33,999 nt of DNA from a virus (taxonomy: Duplodnaviria; Caudoviricetes), in the IMG/VR virus record IMGVR_UViG_3300036987_000434, positions 1 through 33,999 of that record; one strand, 5' to 3'. A model generated the notes under the pieces. It was not told the origin of the DNA and ran no database searches. It saw only the letters and a program-made list of their open reading frames with translations. Shown here in pieces: positions 25,821 to 33,999 of this stretch (its first letter is position 1; every line of letters begins with the position of its first letter). Made by a program: the position numbers and the translations under genes.

Positions 25821-27611
25821 ATGAGCACGCCACCGCCTACGGCTCCCGAAGCCGTTCAACGGCCGACTGCGGAGCTTGCCGTCGCTTGGCCGGACTACCT
25901 GGCTTCCTACGAAGCTCTGGAGCAGCACTTCCGCGCACAACTTGAAGGGCTCACCAATACGGAAAAGGGTAGCAGGTTCGCGACGTTCGTCCAAAGACTC
26001 GTGCCTCAGACTGAGCGTGGCTCAAGCTATGGCGTTCCGGAACTCAACCCGAAGCGCTCGGACGACCGCGGAGTCGATCTGACTGCGAAGCGTAAAGATG
26101 GCACTTCGTTGCTTCACATTCAAGCAAAGCTCTGGATTGATACAGCCGACGCCATCGATTCAATACTGAGCAAATTCAGAGACTTTTTGTCGACTTACCA
26201 CCTTGGCGATGGTGACCAGGCTCTGCTACGTTTTGAGGAGGTCCCCGTCAGTTTTCAGGTTGTGACTTTGTCGTCACTGAACAGAATTCTGGAGAGATAT
26301 AAGGGCAAGCAATACGCATCCAAGGAGTTCTTCGAAGCTCTTGTCCGCGAGGACCGCCTGAACTTTACGGATGGGCCGGAAGTCTTCAAGTTACTCAGGA
26401 ACTCGTATTTGAAGTTGGGCGAGATTCCCCGAGAACTTCGCGTCACATTGGTGACGTCTCCCATCCCGATTGGCAACGTCTACCTTGGCGCAATATCAAG
26501 TGATGAGCTGAAGCGCTTGTACGAGGAGTTTGGCGATGCGCTCTTCTTCGAGAATATCCGAGATTTCCTGGACACCTCCAAAAGCACAGAAAGAAGTGGA
26601 CGGACGACACCGAATCAAGAAATCACTCGAACTGTCATCAACGAGCCCGAAGCGATGCTAGCCAGGAACAATGGTATCGTTTTTCGGGCCGACGCCATCT
26701 CTAAGATAGACTCCGATGTGTCGCTCTTGCTTACGAGGGGCAGCATAGTCAACGGCTGCCAGACGACGATGTGCATTGTCAACAGTGCCACACGGACATG
26801 CCATGTTCCCGTGAAGTTCGTTGAGACCTCAAACTCCTGGGATATCGCCAAGGCCGCTAACTATCAGAACTCTGTTGCAGATATCGATTTGGAATTGGCT
26901 CGGCATTTACGCCCCCAGATTGTCAAGCGTGCGGCGAATATTGCTGGCATACAGATCCTTGACGGCAAGGAATCTGCATTCCAGATTATCGACGCCATCT
27001 ATAACCGAAGAGTCGCATACGCGGAGACACGTCTCTTCTACCTCGGCCTGTTCAGCAGGCAACCGAACAACCTCTTTGCCGCGAACTACACCGAGATCGT
27101 TCGGGAGGTAATGAGCTGTCTATACGAGGATGATCTTTACGGCAGCCAGATATTCGAGACGCTGTTCTCCTTGCAGAACGCTTGCCAGACTGCCCTGATC
27201 GAAGCACACAAGGTCTTTACGAATCCGACATACGCGGCGATGTTCGAGCGCTTTTACAAAGAGGACAGCCCCTCTTATCGGTGCTTCGTTGGTATCTTGG
27301 CGCTTTGTGGAGCAGTCGGGATGAATGTCGCTGAACGCCTGCCCGACGCTGCGGCAGAGACCGAACGAATGCGAAGGTTCCTTTCTGAGGCCGGGCGCAT
27401 CTTGCAGGAGAGTCCCGAACGCTTTTCGCGGTATTACCTGCTCGCTGCGAAGACATGGATGGGCCTCATGATGGATGCGGGCGTTGATGAGGGTGAAATT
27501 CGGCAGTTCATGAATTTACAGAGCCGGAGCGCCAATTTCGCGCAGATGTATAAGAAACTGTGTCTTGAAGCTGATCTCGACCAGCAGCTCACCAAGGAGC
27601 ATTCCTCCTGA
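25821..27611 (+). CDS. AIPR-family protein with N-terminal restriction-endonuclease-like domain (moron)
   Basis: DDRGVDL...HIQAK (D...QxK); AIPR motifs LFFENIRDFL, NNGI, IVNGCQT, ANYQN; lower GC; ATG 25821 lies 6 nt after TATAGT (alternative TTG start at 25803). Confidence 0.88.
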   Translation: MSTPPPTAPEAVQRPTAELAVAWPDYLASYEALEQHFRAQLEGLTNTEKGSRFATFVQRLVPQTERGSSYGVPELNPKRSDDRGVDLTAKRKDGTSLLHIQAKLWIDTADAIDSILSKFRDFLSTYHLGDGDQALLRFEEVPVSFQVVTLSSLNRILERYKGKQYASKEFFEALVREDRLNFTDGPEVFKLLRNSYLKLGEIPRELRVTLVTSPIPIGNVYLGAISSDELKRLYEEFGDALFFENIRDFLDTSKSTERSGRTTPNQEITRTVINEPEAMLARNNGIVFRADAISKIDSDVSLLLTRGSIVNGCQTTMCIVNSATRTCHVPVKFVETSNSWDIAKAANYQNSVADIDLELARHLRPQIVKRAANIAGIQILDGKESAFQIIDAIYNRRVAYAETRLFYLGLFSRQPNNLFAANYTEIVREVMSCLYEDDLYGSQIFETLFSLQNACQTALIEAHKVFTNPTYAAMFERFYKEDSPSYRCFVGILALCGAVGMNVAERLPDAAAETERMRRFLSEAGRILQESPERFSRYYLLAAKTWMGLMMDAGVDEGEIRQFMNLQSRSANFAQMYKKLCLEADLDQQLTKEHSS

Positions 27612-27794
27612 GCAGCCCGCCTGCGTTGGCTACTGGTCACGCGATTGGTGGAAGGGGCTTGCGCCCATAAGGCGGCACAGGGGGCGAACATGCAGCGAGA
27701 GTAATTGGCGGCATCGGTGATCTGTGAGCCGCACGGTGCAGTGGCCAACCTTGGCGGCTTTCTAAGAAGAGATACCGATACCAACATCTTAACG

Positions 27795-30700
27795 ATGGGC
27801 GTTCAGCCGCTCCAGATCTTCGACCCGCGCCGGAACTTCCAGTTGCAGGGCTTCACCGGTCGTGGCGCGACGACCACGATCCACGACGCCACCGAGACCG
27901 GTGTCTCAATCTCAGGCATTTTTCAGGCCGCCGAAGACTTCGCGGCGCTCGGCCTGTGGAGCGCCTACGACTACTTCAACCACCTGCGCGTGAAGCATCT
28001 GCCGCGCACCGACCTCTCCGGCCTGAAGCTGGAGTTCGACATCGAGTACGACCACGCGCTCGACGGCGTGATGCGCCTCGATGCCGCGAAGTTTCCGTCC
28101 GTCTCGTGGGACGCGATGACGTTCGTGTGTGGTGCGGGCAGTCCGAACGACCTCTACGAGGTACGCCTGCTCAACCACGCGGCAGTGGTCTCCGGCGGCG
28201 AGACACCAGCCTCCTGCACGTTCGATGCTGGCGGGATCGCGCCGTACTACGGGATCGACTATCTCCACCTCTACTTCCGCGACACCCGCTACACAGTGGC
28301 GCACACCGACTGCATCGTCGAGACGACCCTCTCTGCGGACGTGACCGCTAGCACGACCGCGCAGGACGTTCCGGTCGCGAGCACGACGGGAATCGGTGTG
28401 GGCGGCTACGTTTACATCGAGCGCACCGGCACGAACGAGGAACTGGTGCGCGTCGAGGCCGTCGGCACGGGCACCGTCCGCTGCGTGGTCACCATGAACC
28501 ATCCCGCCGGGAGTTTCGTCACGCTTCAGTTGGGCGCGAAGCACCTGCTCCAGAAGCTCGCCCAAATCATCAACACGCCGGGCGATCCGGTCGCGGGCCG
28601 CTTCGGTCCCGACCAATCCGGTGTGATCTCCGCGACCGCGACGGCATTCTCCACTTCAGTGGCCAATCTCGGGCTTGAGTTCGTCATGCCCGCGCTTCCG
28701 GCGGCGCGGTACGGCAAGCTCGGCAACATCGACCGCGTGCTGGTCACCTCCGGCCACGTGAACGCCGAGCCTCCGGACCCGCCCGGGTCGCAGCAGATCG
28801 ATTGGTCGGGCGGCAGCGGCGCTTCACGACGATTCGTCGGCGGCGACAACGACACCAAGTACCACATCACGCTCGACTTCACGCAGCCTCTTCTTGACAA
28901 GCTCGACCGCACGGTGCCGATGAGCGACTGCCGCAAGATGTACATGGTTTTCGCGCCGCGCTTCGAAATCACCGAGCAGGAGTTGGAGGACGGCTGCTTT
29001 CTCACGGCGGGCGTGGGCGCGACCGACACCGTCTGGCAGGTGGACGACTCTTCCAAGCTCTCCGGAGGCCGGTACTTCATCGGCACGCCGGCCACTGAGG
29101 AGCGCGTGCGCCTCGTCTCCCTGGATTCGCCAACACAGCTCACCGTCGAGCGGGGCTACCAGTCCTCGACGCCCGGTGCGAGGGCGACTGGAACCCGCGT
29201 AAAGAAGCTCTCGCCCATGAGCGGCTTCGCGTCGGACGTGGAGTGGGGCGCCACAATCTCGAACGTCACGGTCACCGGCGATCGCACCCTCAAGGTCGGT
29301 GGCGCCTCGCCGCGCATCGAGGAGTCCGATGGCCGGTGCAAGTACACCGGATCCTGGGAGAACTACAAGTACGCCGGCGGCTTCCCGACACAGTGGTGGA
29401 GCGCGGGCCACGCGAGACGCGCCGCGCCCAGCAGCGCTCTCGACGTTCGCAAGGTCCGGATCACGTACTCGAAGCCGGAGGTGCACGATCTCTATCTTGG
29501 GACGTTCCTGTACACCAACTGTGGGAAGGTCAGCGTGTCGGTGGACGGCACGCCAACCACGCACGATCTTTACCTCGCGGAGTTCGGCGGCACCACGGCG
29601 AACTTGAAGGTCCGCGCCAACGTCGCGGCCGGGAACCACACCGTCGAAATCACCGCTCTCTACGACAAGAACGCCGCGTCCACCGGGTACTTCTTCTACT
29701 TCGATTACCTGTGGCCGATGGTGCCGCAGGACGTTCCGGATGCTCCGGAGGTCCTTTCGGATGTGTCGCTCGCCATCGACTTCGACACCGACCACGGCTA
29801 CAAGAAGCCCCCCGCATGGCACCTCTGGCACCTCCAGAAGCTCGGGCTACAGGGCCACGCCGACGTGTACATGGGCGTCTTCTGGAACAACAAGCGGCGG
29901 CGCGTAGGCGCGACGTACCCGTACGCGACCATCGCGTTCTCTGGCAGCCCCGTTCCAGGCGACGTTGCGTCCATCACGATCTCCGGGACGACCATCAATC
30001 ACGCCATCGGCTACGGCGACACGCTTCAGAGCATCGTGAGCCAGATGCGCGCCGCGTTGAACGGCACGTTCGCGGGCGTTTGGGCCGACGATAACTTCGG
30101 GACGAGCGCGACGCTGCGCATCCAGTCGAAGGCCCCCTCGTGGACGTTTCCGTCGATCTCTGTCGGCGCGCCGAACTCCGTGACGCTCACGCTTACCAGC
30201 AACCTCGGGACGGCTGGCAACGAGGGCGATTGGGAGTTGATCGACTCCGTCTCGCCGGTCATGACCGAAGGCGCGCGGAAGTGGATTCGCGACCTCGCCA
30301 GCCAGTTCCAATCGGCGGGGATCACGGCGTCGTTCGCGTTCTCAATGGAGGTCTACAATCCTCCGGCGGCGATGCGGGCGAAGTACCTGCTGTACACCGG
30401 CGGCGTGGTCCAGCCAGGCGCGGACGTGTACTTGGAGATTCCGTCGCACCAGATGCACTTCGGGCAGCGCGTTCGGAACTACCTGCGACAGATGTATAAG
30501 GAATGCGCCGACGAGATCGCGGCGGCGGGCGCGCCGGTGGTGCTTCAATTCGGTGAGACGCAGTGGTGGTACTTCCCGAACACCTCGCAGGACCCGAATG
30601 GCGGGATGGGCTTCTACGATCAGGAAACTATCGATGCCTTCCAAGCCGCGAAGGGTCACCAGATCTGGCCGTTCACGGCGAATACGGATGATCCCGCGGG

Positions 30701-31331
30701 CGATCCGGCGCACACGTTCGAGACCGCCGACTTCCTGCGCGACCGCATCTGGCAGTACTGCGCCGATGTGATGGCGCACGTTCGCTCCTACCATCCGACC
30801 GCCGTGTTCGAGTGCCTCTGGCCGCTCGATGCGAACCAGGGGAAGCCCGCCCCGGACGCCGGGTTCCGGAGGCTCCTGATGCACGTCAACCTACCGAACG
30901 AGTGGAAGTCGTCCTCGTACGGGATCAAGTACTTCCGGTGCGAGGGATTCGATTACGACGTGTGGCAGAAGAACTCCGTGCGCATGCGGCAGACAATCAG
31001 GTATGCGAACGAGGTCCTTGGCCGGCCCGCCGCGGAGTGCAGTTACCTGGCGGGCATCTATGGTCCTCCGGACCCGCCCATCGCCCAGGCGTTCGGGATG
31101 TGGCGTGCGGCGAAGCTCTACTCGATGTGCTTCTGGGCGTTCGATCAGTTCTGTCTGAACAGCAGGCCGATCCCGCTCGAAGCATGGACTCAAGCACGGG
31201 CCACGGCGGTCGCGTACCACAAGCCTCGCGCGGCCCGGGCGCTGGAGGCCACCGTCGCGGTGCCGGTCGTATCAACCGCATCGGGCGCAATGAACCGTTT
31301 CCATTTGAACGAGGGCAAGCTGAATGGCTAA
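27795..31331 (+). CDS. Large minor tail protein with beta-sandwich modules and a putative glycoside-hydrolase-like TIM barrel
   Basis: Start reassigned to ATG 27795; CBM-like segment (GKVSVSVDG...NHTVEIT...YFDY); DFDTDH, FSMEV, LQFGETQWWYF and FWAFDQF motifs, recalled from tail-associated TIM-barrel proteins. Confidence 0.7.
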   Translation: MGVQPLQIFDPRRNFQLQGFTGRGATTTIHDATETGVSISGIFQAAEDFAALGLWSAYDYFNHLRVKHLPRTDLSGLKLEFDIEYDHALDGVMRLDAAKFPSVSWDAMTFVCGAGSPNDLYEVRLLNHAAVVSGGETPASCTFDAGGIAPYYGIDYLHLYFRDTRYTVAHTDCIVETTLSADVTASTTAQDVPVASTTGIGVGGYVYIERTGTNEELVRVEAVGTGTVRCVVTMNHPAGSFVTLQLGAKHLLQKLAQIINTPGDPVAGRFGPDQSGVISATATAFSTSVANLGLEFVMPALPAARYGKLGNIDRVLVTSGHVNAEPPDPPGSQQIDWSGGSGASRRFVGGDNDTKYHITLDFTQPLLDKLDRTVPMSDCRKMYMVFAPRFEITEQELEDGCFLTAGVGATDTVWQVDDSSKLSGGRYFIGTPATEERVRLVSLDSPTQLTVERGYQSSTPGARATGTRVKKLSPMSGFASDVEWGATISNVTVTGDRTLKVGGASPRIEESDGRCKYTGSWENYKYAGGFPTQWWSAGHARRAAPSSALDVRKVRITYSKPEVHDLYLGTFLYTNCGKVSVSVDGTPTTHDLYLAEFGGTTANLKVRANVAAGNHTVEITALYDKNAASTGYFFYFDYLWPMVPQDVPDAPEVLSDVSLAIDFDTDHGYKKPPAWHLWHLQKLGLQGHADVYMGVFWNNKRRRVGATYPYATIAFSGSPVPGDVASITISGTTINHAIGYGDTLQSIVSQMRAALNGTFAGVWADDNFGTSATLRIQSKAPSWTFPSISVGAPNSVTLTLTSNLGTAGNEGDWELIDSVSPVMTEGARKWIRDLASQFQSAGITASFAFSMEVYNPPAAMRAKYLLYTGGVVQPGADVYLEIPSHQMHFGQRVRNYLRQMYKECADEIAAAGAPVVLQFGETQWWYFPNTSQDPNGGMGFYDQETIDAFQAAKGHQIWPFTANTDDPAGDPAHTFETADFLRDRIWQYCADVMAHVRSYHPTAVFECLWPLDANQGKPAPDAGFRRLLMHVNLPNEWKSSSYGIKYFRCEGFDYDVWQKNSVRMRQTIRYANEVLGRPAAECSYLAGIYGPPDPPIAQAFGMWRAAKLYSMCFWAFDQFCLNSRPIPLEAWTQARATAVAYHKPRAARALEATVAVPVVSTASGAMNRFHLNEGKLNG

Positions 31332-33351
31332 CTACCCCAGCGCGATCGACGGCGCTTCAAGCCTGTACTCTCCAGCAGATGCTTTCTCGACCAAGTCGCT
31401 CGACACCACGGCTACGCAGCAGATCCTCTCGGGCGACTCGACCGTTAGCGTCGCGTCCACCGATGGCTTCGCCGCCACGTACGGCATTCTCTCGATCAAC
31501 GACGAGTTGATCATTTACACCGCAAAGAACGCGACGCAGTTCACCGGATGCCAGCGGGGAGCGTTCGGCACGTCAGCGACGCAGCACTCCTCCGGCGTCG
31601 CGGTGAAGGCGAACATGGTCTCCGGCTTCCTGACCGCGCTTCAGTCAGCAGTCCTCGCCATCGAAAACGAGGTTGGTGTGACGTCCGCGCGGAACTATGT
31701 CCGGAAGGACGGCGCGGTCACGATCACCGGCCTGAAGACCTTCGTGGACGGCGCGGAGTTCGGTGTGGGAGCCAAGGCTGCGACCGGCCTCGTGCGGCTG
31801 CCCAATGACGGAGCGTTGCGGTGGCGCAAGGCCGACAGCTCCGGCGACCTGGGGATGAGCCTGAACGCCGCGAACCACGTCGCGATGGAAGCGATCATCG
31901 ACTTCGCAGTTGGCCAGACGTTCGGCGCCTTCTCGTATCCGGATGCCACGACTGGGAGCAAGGGAATCGTCCAGATCGACGCGGTCGGTGGGCTGGCGGT
32001 CGCGGCTGGAGTCCTGTCGTTGGCAAACACGGCGGTCACGCCCGGCATGTACCCCAAAGTCACCGTAGACGCCAAAGGCCGCATCACGGCGGGTGCGTCG
32101 CTTGCCGCCTCCGACCTGCCGACGCACAGTCATGTCGCCAGTGACATCGTGAGCGGCGCCTTCGGCGTGAATCGCGGTGGAACTGGCCTGACGACGATCG
32201 CCGCTAACAAACTCCTTTACTCACCGTCGCAGGACACGTTCGCCGAGCTGAGTGTCGGCTCCGGGCTATCGCTGGCCGCAGGGGTGATCTCCCTCGGAAC
32301 CCACACCCACGCCGCAACAGACATCGTCTCCGGCTCCTTGGCCCTCGCGCGGGGTGGCTCTGGAGCGGATCTCTCCGCAACAGGCCCTGGCTTTCTGCGC
32401 CAAGCTTCGGCGGGCGCGGCGGTCACCGTCGCCGCGCTCTCTTCAGGAGACGTGACCGGCGCGCTGGGTTACACGCCCGCGAACAAGGCCGGCGACAGCT
32501 TCACCGGCGCGCTGCACGTCGGTGGAGACCAGGCCTTCGTCGAGTGCGGTCCTTACCAGACCGTCGGCGGCGCGTTCGAAAACATGGCGAAGTACTCCGA
32601 AGACTTCAGCGTCGGGACCTGGGACAAGAACGGCGGGAGCTGCTCGGTGACCTCGAACAGCACCGCCGCTCCGGACGGCAACACGACCGCCGACACGGTG
32701 ACCGCGACCACGGCGACGCCGATCATCCAGCAGCAGATCGCGGGCCTCGTGGACGGCGGCACGTACACGTTCTACGTCTGGGCGAAGGTCGCCTCCGGGA
32801 CCCGGAAGGTGTCTCTCGCTCTCGTCAACAACGCTTATGGCGCTTACTTGGCGGGCCCGACTCAGATCACTCTCACAACGGCGTGGCAGCGGTTCCGGAT
32901 CACCGGCACACTGGCCAGCGGGCAGGCCGGCTTTTGGATCGTGGTGCGCCAGTACGATTCGAACGGCGACGACTGGACGACCGGCTCGATTTACTTGTGG
33001 GGCGCGTGCCTGCAGCAAGGCAACGACCCAAAGATCGGGTACGCCCGGACGTGGGCGTTTCAGACTGCGAACGTGCCGGCCGGAATCGCCTGCGGCGCGG
33101 TCGTGATCTCCGCAAAGGACAACGCGGAGTCGGCGTTGCGTGTGTACGGCCCCGGTTCGAACCTCGTGGATAACCTGCTGTTCGCGGTGAACAGCGCGGG
33201 CGAGGTCACCATCGCGGGCGGAACCGGCAACGGCTACATGCTCTCGCAACTCCGCGGGGCGGTGAACCCGTCCGGATGGTCTGGTGTGATCGAAGTGAAG
33301 AACCCGGCAGGGGTCACCACAGGCTACATACTGCTCTACGCCAACCCGTAA
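31324..33351 (+). CDS. Tail fibre / spike protein
   Basis: ATTGSKGIVQI, GMYPKVTVDAKGRITAG, two HxH...DIVSG...RGGxG repeats, ALGYTPANKAGD, C-terminal carbohydrate-binding-like domain (NMAKYSEDFS...TTAWQRF...YLWGA). Confidence 0.85.
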   Translation: MANYPSAIDGASSLYSPADAFSTKSLDTTATQQILSGDSTVSVASTDGFAATYGILSINDELIIYTAKNATQFTGCQRGAFGTSATQHSSGVAVKANMVSGFLTALQSAVLAIENEVGVTSARNYVRKDGAVTITGLKTFVDGAEFGVGAKAATGLVRLPNDGALRWRKADSSGDLGMSLNAANHVAMEAIIDFAVGQTFGAFSYPDATTGSKGIVQIDAVGGLAVAAGVLSLANTAVTPGMYPKVTVDAKGRITAGASLAASDLPTHSHVASDIVSGAFGVNRGGTGLTTIAANKLLYSPSQDTFAELSVGSGLSLAAGVISLGTHTHAATDIVSGSLALARGGSGADLSATGPGFLRQASAGAAVTVAALSSGDVTGALGYTPANKAGDSFTGALHVGGDQAFVECGPYQTVGGAFENMAKYSEDFSVGTWDKNGGSCSVTSNSTAAPDGNTTADTVTATTATPIIQQQIAGLVDGGTYTFYVWAKVASGTRKVSLALVNNAYGAYLAGPTQITLTTAWQRFRITGTLASGQAGFWIVVRQYDSNGDDWTTGSIYLWGACLQQGNDPKIGYARTWAFQTANVPAGIACGAVVISAKDNAESALRVYGPGSNLVDNLLFAVNSAGEVTIAGGTGNGYMLSQLRGAVNPSGWSGVIEVKNPAGVTTGYILLYANP

Positions 33352-33370
33352 TTCCCGAAAGGACAAACCG

Positions 33371-33721
33371 ATGAAGTTGACGCTTGATCACACCCAGCGT
33401 CTGAACCTGCACGCGCTGCTTGGCGTTCAACGGGCAGATGTTGGATCTATTCGCGCGATTTGGGCCGTACAAGACAAGCTCGCGCTTGATGCAGACGAGG
33501 AAAAAGCAATCGAACTCAAGCGCGAGCTCGTGAACGGGCAGGAGCGGACGGTCTGGAACCCGTCGTTGTCGGTCCCCGCAAGAGAAGTCGATTTCACCGA
33601 TACCGAACTCGCCCGTATCAAAGCGGTTATCGAGGTCTGGTCCGGCTACGGCGTCAGCGCCGACCGCCGTTGGCTGGGACCGCTGCTCATACTCTTGTTC
33701 GAATCGGAGCCTCGACCATAA
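33371..33721 (+). CDS. Hypothetical protein (possible fibre assembly factor)
   Basis: AAGGA RBS; 116 aa; directly follows the fibre gene. Confidence 0.7.
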   Translation: MKLTLDHTQRLNLHALLGVQRADVGSIRAIWAVQDKLALDADEEKAIELKRELVNGQERTVWNPSLSVPAREVDFTDTELARIKAVIEVWSGYGVSADRRWLGPLLILLFESEPRP

Positions 33722-33738
33722 GTTTGGCCGATTCGGAC

Positions 33739-33879
33739 CAGAACGCCGGCATCGACCGCAACATCGACAGGGTGCGCTGGATGGCCGTTTACCCCTTCGG
33801 CGTCCTCTCCTGACCCCGCGCCGAGCGTCGCTACCTGATGGGCATCTTCAACACCGACTGGCCATGGGAGCGCGACTAA
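33739..33879 (+). pseudogene. Relic fragment of a second TIM-barrel tail protein C-terminus
   Basis: DRNIDRVRWMAVYPFGVLS*PRAERRYLMGIFNTDWP aligns ungapped (14/37 identities) to QKNSVRMRQTIRYANEVLGRPAAECSYLAGIYGPPDP at 30966-31076; in-frame TGA at 33811. Confidence 0.75.
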
Positions 33880-33999
33880 GGTGGCCCCCAAAGTCAAGAC
33901 CATTTTTTGGCTCCAATAAGTTATGGATAACGGAGTCTGAAATCTGATCTTTGGGGCGGCCGGAGCCGCCCCACCATTCCGGCCCTCGATCCGGCGCTC
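33878..33999. mobile_element. Probable insertion sequence end
   Basis: Abrupt shift to AT-rich DNA; AAGGTGGCCCCCAAAGTCAAGAC resembles IS3-like terminal repeats (from memory); perfect 9-bp hairpin 33952-33973; transposase not in window. Confidence 0.4.

Larger units (their letters stand above)
284..33721 (+). mobile_element. Lambda-like siphovirus prophage, head and tail morphogenesis region (att sites not visible in window)
   Basis: Canonical order terS-terL-gpW-portal-S49-decoration-capsid-connectors-tube-chaperones-tape measure-tail tip-fibre, with tightly packed or overlapping + strand ORFs. Confidence 0.95.

Overview
The window is almost entirely the late (morphogenesis) region of a GC-rich, lambda-like siphovirus prophage, encoded on the + strand. 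Gene order: small and large (GpA-type) terminase, gpW, lambda-type portal, S49 protease with nested scaffold, decoration protein, major capsid, head-tail connectors, tail tube, frameshifting chaperone pair, tape measure, distal tail, fused tail hub/tip, a large TIM-barrel-like tail protein and a tail fibre. From memory the proteins resemble Acidobacteriota (Solibacter/Bryobacter-like) prophages; this is not verified. The operon is interrupted at four places by accessory DNA: (1) two ParB-fused DNA methyltransferases plus three reverse-strand genes with a shared 31-bp upstream motif, (2) a secreted ankyrin gene inside nested direct repeats, (3) a GIY-YIG-like nuclease and (4) a nuclease-fold/AIPR protein. 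Other notable signals are a tail-fibre-like protein with a Sec signal peptide, two relic 3' gene ends left downstream of intact tail genes, a structured leader with an Arg-rich peptide upstream of the terminase, and a probable IS end at the right edge. No integrase, lysis genes, RNA genes or CRISPR array were recognised.
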